The notes under the pieces were generated by a model. That model searched no databases. It saw only the letters and a list, made by a program, of their open reading frames with translations, and was not told where the DNA came from. 64,000 bases of DNA from Octopus sinensis (Eukaryota). Position numbers and translations under genes: made by a program. Below are positions 51,540 through 64,000 of this stretch, in pieces. The stretch is taken from contig NC_043006.1 in NCBI RefSeq assembly GCF_006345805.1, positions 92,318,001 to 92,382,000 on the forward strand. The letters are read 5' to 3'. How positions within the stretch are numbered: the first letter of the stretch is position 1; the number at the start of each line of letters is the position of its first letter.

Positions 51540-52190
51540 TGTAGACAGGGGAATGTCCACATAGAAAATAAATGACTGAAATGAAATAAATAAGTAGTGC
51601 TCTGTTGCATACCAGTCTGAAATAAAATACATTTTAAAGTAAAACAAACGAAAGCATATTATTTAAAGAGAATCGGAAGAAAACTACGACTTGGCACTCA
51701 ATGAATAAAGATTGGGAGTATCATTTGAGATCCCGTGTTACCTTGCATTATAATAGAAGCGTTGCAATTTAAGTTTAAGCACAGAAAACCCTTTTGGTAT
51801 AAATGTTCTTATACATTCGAAATTGAAAATGAAATTCTGTAGAATTCATACGACTGGAAAAATCTGTGTCATTATGAAATGTCAATGTGATATCAAATAT
51901 AAAAATGTTATCAATGGAGGTAACATCACATATCACATGACGTGATATCATCTTGTATTTTACTGTCTAAATAATATGAAACAACGTTAAATAATATGAA
52001 ACAACGTTGAATGCTCGGATACGAACACAAAAGCATACGAACATAACGCATACGGATACAAATGCACACATACACACACGCCTGCATATTGATATAATGA
52101 GTGTCTGTTGAAAAGATGTAAAACAGTTCAAAAGTGAAGCTAGCTAGATATATTTTTCTGTGCTTGTAGGGATGGGTGAATTGATATGTA

Positions 52191-53082
52191 CGTGGTCTGA
52201 TCAATAAGTATCCGGACTGTTGCCATAGTAACGAAACTAAAGCACGCAGGATGAACCCGCAAGGCACAGATTGACCATGAACTCTGCTGTGCATTTGCAC
52301 AAAGTTTTAACGTTCCAGCTAACTTTTGTTGTTTACAGCAGTACTTGGAATTAACATGTGTAGCATGTGATCATCGCCTTGGCCATGAAGGAGAAAGCTG
52401 AGTAGAGAATCTGCATCAAAGTTTGCCAAAAGCTTGACGATTCCTGCTCAGAGGCCTATGAAAAGTTGTCAAAAAGTTTCCATCGTTTTCGACACAATCA
52501 ACATCTTGTGCAACTGAAATCCGAGTGTCTCTTTGGTCAGCTGAATGTAGTTTTGGCACAAACTTGGCAGACACGCGTCTCATGCCCAAATCATCAAAGA
52601 TAATAGGCTGAACTGAACCTTAACTAATCTGCACGTCCTCTGATAACTCACGGGTAGTGATTCGACGATTGCCTTTCACAGTTACACGCACATCAGCGAT
52701 ATCTTTCTCAGTACTGCTGGTTGCAGGTCCCCAAGAACGTTCCTCACTACTGACATTTTTTCGGCCATCTGGGAAACGTCTGAACCATTCATGTAATTCT
52801 GTTGGAACTTATACACACCACTTCATACACTTTCTGCAACTTTGCATAGGCCTCTGAGCAGGTATCGCCATGACAACGTTTTTGTCATGGTCAGTGCGAC
52901 AAACACACATTACACACGTTGCGTCCAATCAATGCTGTAAACAGGGGAAGTGAGGTAGAACGTTAGAACTTAGTGTACATGCACAGCAGAGGTGAAGGTC
53001 AACTTGTTCCAAGCGGCTTTACTCTGCGTGCTTCAGCTTTGTTACTATGGCAACAGTCCGGATACTTATCGATCAGATCTCG
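52191..53082. mobile_element. Foldback mariner-derived non-autonomous element (two 5' ends)
   Basis: TA TSD at 52189-52190 and 53083-53084. Long inverted arms begin CGTGGTCTGATCAATAAGTATCCGGACTG. Plus strand RICIKVCQKL; minus strand EWFRRFPDGR...ITTRELSE...RVSAKFVPKL...NFL (mariner N-terminal HTH region). Confidence 0.9.
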
Positions 53083-53186
53083 TATATACATTTATAATAT
53101 GAAGATATTTAGGAATACATGCGTACACACACACACACACACACACACAACTATATATATATATATATATATATAGATAAGAAAGT

Positions 53187-53219
<33 letters not shown>

Positions 53220-53249
53220 ATGTATATATGTCTGTGTGTATACGTATAT

Positions 53250-53490
53250 ATCATGATAACGCCGTATCGACCAGATTAACGGATGTTGTTATACATCGCT
53301 GGTCATAATGCGCTTTTCATTGTTTTACCCTTTGAGTTAGGCGAGTAGGCTAACATTCCCCATGATCGGAAGGCTATTCCGATGAAGGCTATCTATTTAC
53401 GGTTAAATAGACTGGAACCACATAAAGTGAAGTGTTTGGCCCAAGATTATAACGCACCGCCCACTCCTGGAATCGAACCACTAGCTCACG
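53250..53490 (-). mobile_element. SINE family D-like, diverged
   Basis: GACTGGAACC...GGCCCAAG...CCTGGAATCGAACC. Confidence 0.5.
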
Positions 53491-54277
53491 CGCCAACATA
53501 TAATGCACGTAATGATACCTTCGTAACGTATAGGAAGTATGGGTGCGTGTATGCCTGATGGCTCTGTGCACACAAATTAATGTATGCTCTCTTTCATAGT
53601 ATAAAAATGGTGTAGGTAAATCTTTTAATCCATGCTATGATTATAGACAATTTGTCTTTTATGACAATCGCATATGCGCATCAACACAAAATCTGGAATT
53701 GAAAGCGACTTGTGCTGTATCCTTTAAAGACTCAGTTGTCATTTCTGACGAGATTTTCATTTGGCAATCAGTCTATTCCCTTTTAAATGTCACTAAAGTC
53801 AAGCGTTTTTTCATCTGTCAACATGTCAAAATGAGTTTAAATCTGTGATTCAGTATCAGATTTGCATTTTCCTATCGTCGTACAATTACAGCCCTTAGAA
53901 CTGCATTTCCAAAGCGGAGTGCTATTGAATATAACTAGTTCTATATGTGTTGATGTTAACCTTTGTAAATTCGTATGAGACAAGAGGACAATAAGACTAT
54001 TATTTTTCCGATCAGCTGCATTCTCCAGTGAGAATACCTCCTTAAGAATGCTATCCTAAGAATATAGCTTTATGTTACTTCAAACAAGAACGTTTCTTCA
54101 ACTCTCGGGAACCACATACGTACCAATCATAAGACGTGTGGACATGCAAACACTCGTAAATGATTTTGTGAGCAAAAACAACCGTCGTTCGGTCTTTGGT
54201 TTTTCTTTATTGATTTATATATTCATTTATAATATTATTATCATCATTATCATCTCATTCTTCCGTTGCTGTTGTTG

Positions 54278-54450
54278 TTGTTGTTTCAGTCCTCGACCAT
54301 GCTGGGCACTGCCCTGAAGAATTTTAGAGCAGATAAGCGCGGGCTGATTACGTACTTTTTTAAAGGCTGGTACGTATCATATCCGTCTCTCACAGAGTTA
54401 CAGGGATGTAAACACGCAGACACGGGTTGTCAAGCTGTTGTGGGGACAAA
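54278..54450 (-). mobile_element. SINE family A-like tail fragment
   Basis: GTTTCAGTCCTCGACCATGCTGGGCACTGCC matches the reverse of the family A tail. Confidence 0.6.
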
Positions 54451-54593
54451 TAAAGATAAATTGAAAATAAACAATGAAAAAATTACAATAAAAATAAAAG
54501 TAAAATTAAAAATTTAATTAATGTATTATCATTCTCATCAGTGATGAATCTTTTGAGGGACATCAAAAAAGTTTAATAAGATGAAATATATAA

Positions 54594-54796
<203 letters not shown>

Positions 54797-55100
54797 TGTG
54801 TATCTATGTATGTGCCTATGTTTGAATGTATATTCCTTGTGTTATGTGTATACGGGTTTTTTCTCTCTGTTACTTGTGAATTAATGAATATATATTTTTC
54901 TCCTTCATATATTCGTCTTTGTTTCTTATCTTTCAATTGCTTCCCCTACCACTGGCCAATTTTTTGAGCGGAGATATTCTGTTGAACACACAGGCCTACG
55001 ATGTCTTTGATCGCCGCCTCTCTCTGAGTAAAACTCTTTGGTTTTCTCTCTGCTTTCACTCTCAAACATAGTCTTGTTCATCAGCTTTAAACGTCTGGTA

Positions 55101-55171
<71 letters not shown>

Positions 55172-55619
55172 CTCGTTTTACAATAATAAAATTATGTATA
55201 CGTATAACCCTCTATGGCTTTCTTATGCTAGTGAAATTGTTACATCGTACTCTAATAGACGCAAGTGGCCTTGTTTACACTGTATTTCGTCTAGAGCGAT
55301 GTTTATTATCATTATTATTTTAAACACATCCGTTAGATTCTTATGGTATAGTTTCACTGTACATATATATTTGCATACACATTCATATATTTTTATTTTT
55401 CGTTTCTCTCGCCATTATTATTGTTGATATTATTATTTTTCCGTTCACAACTTGGTTTGTAAATTAACAGATTCCCCTTATTGCCCCATCTCTGTTCATT
55501 TTTATCTCATTTTACTTAATCTTATTAAACTTCTTTGATCTCCTTCAAAAGATTCTTCCCTGATCAGTATGGCAATGCATAAATTAAACTTTTAATTGTA
55601 TTTTTATTTTTATTCTTAC

Positions 55620-55760
55620 ACGGCTTGATCGGCCAGAGGATATTGTAGACGAGAATTGCCCAAGGTTCCCTGCAGGGGAACTGAACCCGAAACCACGTGG
55701 TTTGGAAGCAAACTTCCTACCAATGAACCTGCGCTTATCCGCACACCTACGCCGACACCT
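55620..55760 (-). mobile_element. SINE family A head fragment
   Basis: GCCCAAGGT...GGGAACTGAACCCGAAACCACGTGGTTTGGAAGCAAACTT. Confidence 0.65.
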
Positions 55761-55814
55761 ATGCATGTATATCTTATTCATTTCAAATAAATATACCTAT
55801 GAGGATAGAATATC

Positions 55815-56036
55815 TATTTCCTTACTACCCACAAGGGGCTAAACACAGAGAGGACAGACAGACAGATTAAGTCGATTATATTGACCCCAGTGTGTAACTG
55901 GTACTTATTTAATCGACCCCGAAAGGATATAAGGTAAAGTTGACCTCGGCGGAATTCGAACTCAGAACGTAACAGCAGACGAAATACCGCTAAACATTTC
56001 GCCCGGCGTGCTAACGATTCTGCCAGCTCACCGCCC
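55815..56036 (-). mobile_element. SINE family B, full-length monomer
   Basis: Head GGCGGTGAGCTGGCAGAATCGTTAGC, B box GAGTTCGAATTCC, core GGGGTCGATTAAATAAGTACCAG, tail GTGGGTAGTAAGGAAATA. Confidence 0.9.
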
Positions 56037-56759
56037 TTTATCGTTTCTGTAATTGAACGTATTTACTTTCCTTCAAGCAACATGTTCAAGGCTTCCCGTG
56101 AAAGTTTACATTCAAAGGTGCTTCGTTGAAAATATCGATGTGGTTGATTTATCAAAGTTGATTACTATTTAAATATGTGCAGCAATTAAACTATAATTTC
56201 TGAGACAACAATAACTTTCGGAAATACAGAAATGTCAATATTTTCATAGAATACTCTTTGAAAAAAAAAAAAAGCAAAAGTAAAAGAAAAAAGCACCGTT
56301 TCTATGAGAATGCTTCAGTTATTCCTTTCTCAATTCCTCATATTTAACAGTATGACATTTTGCTGATAGGAACAGGAAAATTGGAGACAAAGATGGACAT
56401 TTCCCAACACGATTTTATATTTAAGTGGCATGCTAAAAAGCTTGAATATCCCTAATAAAGATGTTGAACCAGTGACACTTTTATTTAAAATAGTTTTTAA
56501 ACAAATCTAATATTTCTCCACTGCAAGTAGTCGTGTTTCTGTAATTAGTATCAGAAGAGAATATAATTTATTCGTTTTATATGGAAATGTTTCAAAATGT
56601 ATTGTCGCATAACAAATTCGTAAGATACGATATTTTCTCTGATATTGTGAGGCATTGAGAAATATTATAAATGCGCATACAATTGGTCACTTGCGAGCAT
56701 ATGGATACCACACACACACACACACACATGATAGCGGTTCAGAAAACAGTGACCGATAG

Positions 56760-57100
56760 CATAAATACTTGGATACCCACTTCGGTCATGACTGACCATG
56801 GGATTGCACCTAGAAAGTTACTCTCCGAAGCACAAGTCCGGGTTATGTTGTTTATGGAAGACCAGCGGTCACCCATGCATACCTGCCTCTCCTCTCCGCG
56901 GCACCGATGTTGTCCAAGAGAAAGGCAAAGGTCGATACAACTTGGCACCAGTGACGTCGCAACTCATTTCAACAGCTGAGCGAACTGGAGCAACGTGAAG
57001 AACACAACGTGAAGAAAAAAACACGCAACCCGTTCTGGGATTCGAACTCACAACCTCACGGTCGTAACTTCGACGCTCTAAACACTGTGGCGAGTGCCTT
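56760..57100 (-). mobile_element. SINE family D
   Basis: GGGATTCGAACTC (reverse B box), GAACTGGAGCAACGTGAA core. Confidence 0.75.
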
Positions 57101-57862
57101 CCAGAAATAAACACTAAACTTAAATACAATAGATTCTAGAATTAAACAATAAAGAGAGGGTCAATTCGTTCGACAACACTGGGACAAGTAAAATATAAAT
57201 ATATGCGCACATCCGAAAGAGCGAGATGGAGACATTGTGATTTCATTTATGCAGAATTGTTTCACCAAAATGGTTGCTAATTATCAAGAAAAGGCAATTG
57301 TACCAATCGTATGCACAGCAGCAATAAAGTCGTTGGCTTCATGCGTTTATTTCGTGCGTCATTCGCTGTGAAAAAATCTATACAAACATGAATGCTATCG
57401 ACTATTAGCTAAGCTGCATAACTGTACGACTCGATTCCAAACACCGATGAGTCAGTTATGCGTGAAAATGGCTGTGGTTATCATCACTTGCTCATGCAAT
57501 CAGCATAACTGCTAAATAAAGTGTGATTAAACGTTTCCAATTAATGAAGATTTAATCTAACTTGCCATGTGAAATTTCCAGTTGAGTGGATAATTAATAA
57601 GGAATTGATGTAAAGGTTAGAATCTGTATAAGATAACAGCAAGAGATGAAATGGATGTTGGCAGGCGAGTCAAATGACGAGAGAAATAATCCATAATTTC
57701 TCATTGATGAAGAAGCATTACTTATGATAACTAATAAGAGCGACGTTTCTTGTCGTTGCTTTAAAAGTAATAAAGGCCTTTAAATGTTGTCTCGGCTTCT
57801 CACTTTGATTCAATACAAAGAGGCTGGAGAGTGATTAAAACTGACAACAATTAACACTGATA

Positions 57863-57906
57863 CCGCAGCTGCTACTGCTACTACCGCTACTGGTGCTACT
57901 ACTACA

Positions 57907-57941
<35 letters not shown>

Positions 57942-58080
57942 AACTACTACTACTACTACTACTACTACTACAACTACTACTACTACTACCACCACCACCA
58001 CCACCACCATGACCGCTACTGCTGCTGCTACTACTGCTGTTGTTGCAGCTGCTAATACTACTACTTCTACCACCACCACC
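57863..58080. repeat. (ACT)n/(ACC)n/(GCT)n trinucleotide tract
   Basis: Direct runs; source of the poly-Val ORF 57810-58127. Confidence 0.95.
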
Positions 58081-58084
58081 AAAG

Positions 58085-59153
58085 TATCGTGATGAAGCGA
58101 TGGCATGAAAAGGCCCTTACATGGCAAGTGTTAGGTTAAGATAAACAGAAAAGAAATAGACAAGGTAAAATCCCAACAATGGCTGAAAAGCTCAGGACTC
58201 AAAGCTGAGACTGAAAGGATTTTTAATTGCAGCACATGATCAAAGCTTTCCCATCAGGAAAAACGCACAATGAAAAACAATACAAGTAACTGCAAAATAT
58301 GTGGTGATGAGGAAGAAAAATTAAATCATATTGTTTCTGGCTGCCCAGTCCTGGCTAAGAAGGAATATATCGTAAGAATTAACAAAATGGAAAACAAAAC
58401 AAAAGACGAAGACGGGCCTGTAAACAACAAACAGATGCATTAGTTTAACGCTCGGGAAGTGAGAAAGTCTTTTTTGTTTTGAGCCTACGCTCTTTGACAG
58501 AAAGGAACAGAGAAATCAACAGGGACAGAAAATAGAAAAGGTTTAGTGGCTAGCGATAAATCATGGCGAAAGGAATATATCCACAGATATGACAGAGTTG
58601 GGACCTATGTACACTGGGAGTTATTCAACCATTATGAAATGACAAAAACAATAGATATAAACACACCCTTGAAAAGGTCTCAGAAAATGAAAAAGCAATC
58701 ATACTCTGGGATGTGCCAATGCACACGGATAGGGAAACCAAAGTTGATAGACTAGATATAGTTATCAGAGATCACCAAGAAAAAGAATGCCTGATAATCA
58801 ATGTATCAATACCAACTGATGACAATGTATCTCTAAAAGAAACGGAAAAACTATCAACAAGCAAAGATGTGGAAATAGGGGTGATTCGAATACGGAGCCT
58901 AGAAACAGAAATAGTCCCTTCAATAATAGGGGCATTAGGTATGATTAAAAAGACATTCAGACAAACTCATAACCAAAACACCAGGACTTACGAATGTATA
59001 TCATATAGAAAGTAACACTTCTAGGCACCTCGCATATCTTACGTAAAGCACTTTCAGTGCAGTGAAAATAAGAGCGCCACAACAAACCACAGCGCATACT
59101 CAAGTCACACACAGTGAGAGCACGGCGTAAAAATAAGACCACTGAATAATAAT
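58085..59153 (+). mobile_element. R4/Dong-like non-LTR retrotransposon 3' end with restriction-like endonuclease (decayed)
   Basis: WHEKALHG, QWLKSSGLKAETE, CCHC motif CKICGDEEEKLNHIVSGC, HRYDRV...VHWEL, RLDIVIRD..KECLIINVSIP (decayed PD..D), IIGALG; ends in an (AAT)n tail. Confidence 0.85.
58372..58569. mobile_element. 198-bp insertion with 12-bp TSD inside the R4-like element
   Basis: AAGGAATATATC duplicated at 58360-58371 and 58570-58581, splitting the KKEYI/HR coding sequence. Confidence 0.85.
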
Positions 59154-59195
59154 TCATGGCTTCTGATCTCAACTGATTAGCAGTGTTATCATCTC

Positions 59196-60060
59196 CGTGG
59201 TCTGATCAATAAGTATCCAGACTGTTGTCATAGTAACGAATGTAATGTATTCAGAGTAAAGGCAGTTTGCACAGATTGACTTTGAACTTTGTTATGCATG
59301 CGCAGAAATTTTTAACGATCTGGCTCAGTTTTCATATTTACGGCAGTGCTTAGAAGGAAGGTATGTAGAGTGTGATCGTCGCATTGAACATGAAGGAGAA
59401 AGTTGAGCACAGAATCTGCATAAAATTTTGCCAAACTCTTGGTGCTTACTCAGAGGCCTACAAAGTTTTGAAAAAGTTTTTATCGTTCTCGACACAAGCA
59501 AAGAGATCTTGTGCAACTGAAACCCGAGTGTCTTTCTGGACAGCTGAAAGTACTTTGGGCCCAAACTTGGCAGACACGCGTCCCGTACCCCAATCTTCAG
59601 TGATAATGAACTGAACAGTAACTAATCTGTACATCCTCTGATAACTCAAGGGTGGTGATTCGACGATTCCTTTTCACAGCTGCACGCACATCTGTGATGT
59701 TTTTCTCAATTCTACTGGTTGTATCGACATTTTTCGGCCATCTTCGAAACGTCTAAACCACTCGTACACATGCGTGCGGCTCCGATTATTCCATCCATAC
59801 AATTTCTGCAACTTTGCATAGGCCTCTGAGGCAGTATCGCCATGAAATCTTTCTCGGCCATGGTCAATGCAACGATCACACGTTACACCGATTCTTTCCA
59901 AGCATTGCTGTAAAAGGTGGAAGGAAGCTAGGTCATTGAAAGGTACACAACGGAGTTCAAGGTCAATCTTTGAAAAGTGACCATAGTCTGCATGCTTTAG
60001 CTTCGTTACCATGGCAATATTCTGAATATTACGTCATATTCTTTATTTCATATTGTTTCG
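59196..60060. mobile_element. Second foldback mariner derivative (right TIR decayed)
   Basis: Same left end (CGTGGTCTGATCAATAAGTATCC), EHRICIKFCQ on plus, inverted transposase piece and same junction (~59467) as 52191-53082. Confidence 0.85.
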
Positions 60061-61049
60061 TATAAAAGAGGATCAAAGTATATCAACTATCTAATAAAGC
60101 AAACAAGAAAGCAGCCATGATACGCAAAATTAACATCTTTCATCATCGTCTCCGTGACTGTTTTATTCTGCTATTCGGTGTGGCCCAAATGCAAAATCTT
60201 GGTAAAGCTATCAAAATTTAAACCACTCACTTACAGTCTTATTAAAACGATTTCCATTTGCATTTAAAGCCAAGCTTCTCCTTTTCGATCGATGATTTTG
60301 AATGGATTTCGGATCCACGAGTGTGGCTTTTGCAGCTACTGAGAGACCGATCACAGCATGTTTACATTGTATTTAAAAAAAAAAAAAAAAATTTTTAATG
60401 TTTGGTAAGGATTTGTGTACACGGAATTTTCAGTCATTCAGAGTCGATTGAGAGAAATTCTGTTGATGTTCTAGAAAACTGCAAAATAAGTAACTTTAAA
60501 ACATTCCAGGTAACTTACAATGGAGGTAGCATTGGGAAAATAGTTGGGTGTGCATTCGGAAAAGGTAGATATAAGAGTGGTTACGAGAGATGAGAAAAAT
60601 GAGAGAGTCGGGTGCATTTAACTGGAGATAGCAAGCCACCAACCAACCAATTAGCCAGACAAGCCGCCCACCAGCTCTCCATCTAAACAGCCAATCATCC
60701 AACCACTTAGCGACAAGGAGCAGATGTAATTGTAATATCAATAGAAATGTCAAGGTGAGGTGAAGGAACATCTTTCTGCCAATGGGAAGTTTTGTTAATC
60801 AACGATTTCATCCTAATTAATCATATGATGTTGTTAGCTAAAAACGATTTCTTGCATTTAATAAGGTGAAATGATGTCATACTGGAGAAAATATCTCCAG
60901 AATGTCAAAGTTAATATTAATAATAATAATCATACATTTTATTACTGGTACCGTTAATAAACTAGAACAGAATTTCACAGAGCCTTAATGCAGTTAGGAT
61001 AATATTCCAAAGTGAACCATTTCTCATGAGAGACGGAAAATATTTCAGC

Positions 61050-61410
61050 CTCCACAATTGAGTTTACATTCATGTGGAGGGTTGTTGCTGATGCTTGGAC
61101 TGATATCCTACACTGCATCCAGATTGTTTGGCATAACATCAATCACAGGCATGTAATAACTTCCAGCCAACATACCTGCTTTCTCCTTTCTCTGCCATTC
61201 CATTCGCTATCATACCGGTTGATTCTCCTCTGAGCTAGCTGCTCTCGTACCATTTCCACTAAGATAAAGCACTGACATTCCTCTTCATATGATTATCCCT
61301 GTTGTGCTTAAGCCACCAATCCGCTAAGACAGTACACTAATTCCCCAACACAGGTTTCCTCTACAGGGTACAACAAACAACAATTTATGTCGAACGTTAA
61401 CGTCACTAGT
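61050..61410 (+). mobile_element. Decayed CR1/Jockey-group LINE 3' coding end
   Basis: Translation RYHTG*FSSELAALVP...VFP...NV resembles the post-RT motif FYRY..G.CSSEL..LVP...LP..VFP...YN...FKS.VN. Confidence 0.4.
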
Positions 61411-62437
61411 CTTAATTACCGATATTGTGGAGTTGAATCGGCTGTGTGCATTACTTATTATTCAAAGACCCAATAATAAAAATATAAGCACATCATGTGT
61501 GTGCGACGATTTGAAAATTGTGATGTATCTCATCCGTTCCACGTTGCAAATCCCCCTCTGAATAATTACAAAATATATATTTTATACTCTTTGCCAAAGG
61601 AAGATATTTTTCTAATAATTGAATATAATCGAATAAGAAAGAGAACCGTGTTGTTGAACATGTTTTTTTCGGATATATAATTTGAACATCTTTGAATTGA
61701 TAACGAAATAAAGTGTGGCTTCGGGAAATTATGATAAGATAAAAACATCATATACCGTATTATTCATCTTTGTAATTTTTTTTCGTTTGATAAAAACATA
61801 TGGCAAAAAGGAGAAAAAAACACATTCGTAGTAATCAAGCGACGCAGCTTAAAATGTACGGCGCCATTCTGCAATTACTTGGATAAATTTTGACTTGAAA
61901 ATTTAAATTACATCAAAATAATCTGGTTATATAAATTCTAAATTGAAACAGGTAGAGAAAGTCTGTAATATATGTTTAAAAAAAAATATATGAGTAGGAA
62001 AATACATGCGTAGAAAACGTAGGGAAAAGGGAATATTGGAGAAATAACAAAGAAAGTGAGAGAAGGTTATTGTATATATTATTGAGACAAAGGTAAGGAG
62101 AATCGAATTTGTGATAGTATGTGGCAGTTGTAGGCTGACGACTGTATTACAAAAGAGCAAAGCGGTTTATTAGAATATCGAAATGAAATCAAAGGAATCA
62201 CATGAGGCTGGAGTAAAGTTAAACAGATATAAGATACTTTATGCATTTGCAACGTTTCAGAATGCCTGGAATGGTTTTTAAATAAGCATTTGTGCAATTA
62301 TCAGATCCAAACAGATTACTCTTCTAACTCCATGCAAAGCATCCACAAAGCATCTCTTCATATGGAGACACTTATACGGTTGTGAGTGTATATAGCTCCT
62401 TCTCTCCCTCTTTCTTTCTCTCTCTTTCAGTACATAC

Positions 62438-62456
62438 ATATATATATGTATGTATG

Positions 62457-62512
<56 letters not shown>
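62438..62512. repeat. (TATG)n microsatellite
   Basis: Direct run. Confidence 0.95.
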
Positions 62513-62516
<4 letters not shown>

Positions 62517-63584
62517 GATGCTACTGAGTTTTAAATTCTAGAATGTTTATGTGCATGCTTATTTGTGCGTTTATGTGTTTACATAGTTCGCTCTTCATAC
62601 GTATATTTCTGCGTATATGCAGTCATAAATACTTACAGAGATTGGTATATATTTGCCTGCCTTTGTGTATCAGTTGTTTTTATTCCCTTATTTCGCCGTA
62701 ACTTTTTTAAGTCATTTAGAAATCTGCTTAAAACAGAATTCGAGTTTACAAATGTAAAAATGAGTTTGCTTTTTAGTTTCCAGGAAGGGACTAAATAACA
62801 TTGTCATAAGAATAGTGCACACTGTAGGGAGCAGTAATAGCTTTTTGATTGATAAAGTCCCTGGGGACATTTGTATTTAAAAGAAATTTATAAAAACTGA
62901 AGTCCAAGACACAGGCGTGAGGTTTTCTTTGTTAATAACCTTATAATCTAAAATGATTATTTTATTTCTCTTAATTGGTATCTATTTTGTTTTCACGCTT
63001 ACTCCTCTCCCCTCTCCCCCACTTTCTTCCCACTTCCCTTCCCGCTCTCTCTTCCCACTCCCTTTCCTTTGCTCTTTCGTTTACTTGTCCTCTGCATATT
63101 TTCGCTATTACCTTCTCCAATTCATCTGTCGATAATTTTTGCAGTATTCTCATAATCGGAAAGAAACATAAAGAGAAGTGGATGTCGATTTAATGATTTA
63201 AAATATTTAGTGTTATTTTACCACGAATTTTAGGGGTTATAGGGTGAATAATGTGAATAATACATCATCGCAGATCCAACTGTATCGATAGAATATTCAA
63301 TGTAGAATTAATCACCGTTAACAGGATTATTTTTAAATTCGTGTTGTCATTCTGAAGAAAGCGGTGTTTCAAATATAACGATGATCATGTAGAACCATAA
63401 ATAGATACACAAAGTGATTAATACACATGATCACAGCAGAATATGTGTGTATGTGCGCATGCGTGTATGCATTGGTATGCATGCATACACTATTAATATA
63501 TGAATATAAATATTTACATAATAATATATACAAGTATATGTACATAAGAATTTATATATGTATGTAAACATAACTCTATCTATC

Positions 63585-63592
63585 TCTCTATT

Positions 63593-63653
<61 letters not shown>

Positions 63654-63665
63654 TTATATATATCT
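63585..63665. repeat. (CT)n-(TA)n microsatellite
   Basis: Direct run. Confidence 0.9.
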
Positions 63666-64000
63666 CACACTATTTATGTATGTGGCCATAGCACATTCTC
63701 ACACAGATGTGTACGTAGATGAAAGTTTACATTTTACTCTACCTTGCATCCATTGTTAAACTTTTTGTTGAAACAAACCAAATGTGCCAAAACGCTTAAT
63801 ATCGACAGCGCAAAACTAAAACCTAAAGGAAGCAACACTGCTCTGAAACTGCCCCTTAAACTATTTTGTGAAAAAAAAATGTTATTGAAAATACTGAACT
63901 CTTCCATAAAGGGAGAGATTATTGAAAGAGCAGCTTGGTTCTTTTTCACAATATAGATCAGCATTGTATTTGATTGATACTTTATTTTAATCAACAAGAA

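Noticed and set aside
51968-52008. 20-bp tandem duplication (TAAATAATATGAAACAACGT x2); 11-bp triplication at ~2236-2268
   Set aside because: Ordinary slippage duplications with no further structure.
57810-58127. Poly-valine ORF
   Set aside because: Antisense reading of the (ACT)n/(ACC)n tract.

Overview
AT-rich eukaryotic non-coding DNA, dense in microsatellites and transposable-element (TE) debris. The SINE families and (TA)n/(TACA)n load resemble an octopus (coleoid cephalopod) genome; this is inferred from repeat recognition only. No host protein-coding gene could be identified, and most listed ORFs are microsatellite or antisense artefacts. TEs present: a full-length, inactivated RTE LINE with a target-site duplication (TSD) (31491-35262, minus); Tx1/L1-clade fragments (14.2-17.95 kb); an R4/Dong-like restriction-endonuclease LINE 3' end (58.1-59.15 kb); three Penelope-like element (PLE) coding relics (RT ~7.8-8.5 kb, GIY-YIG ~13.4-13.9 kb, linker ~24.7-25.0 kb); an internally deleted piggyBac (12288-13374); two copies of a foldback mariner derivative; and many tRNA-derived SINEs. 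Main discovery: several unrelated short non-coding elements carry minimal type-I hammerhead ribozyme (HHR) motifs of the PLE kind, most sitting in or beside (TA)n tracts. They include a Pol III tRNA-headed SINE with an internal HHR (22.5-22.8 kb), a retrozyme-like unit with 145-bp direct repeats (26661-27273), a divergent HHR palindrome (27.36-27.53 kb), a compact HHR at 51.5 kb and several decayed relics. All folds were done by eye and cleavage activity is untested.
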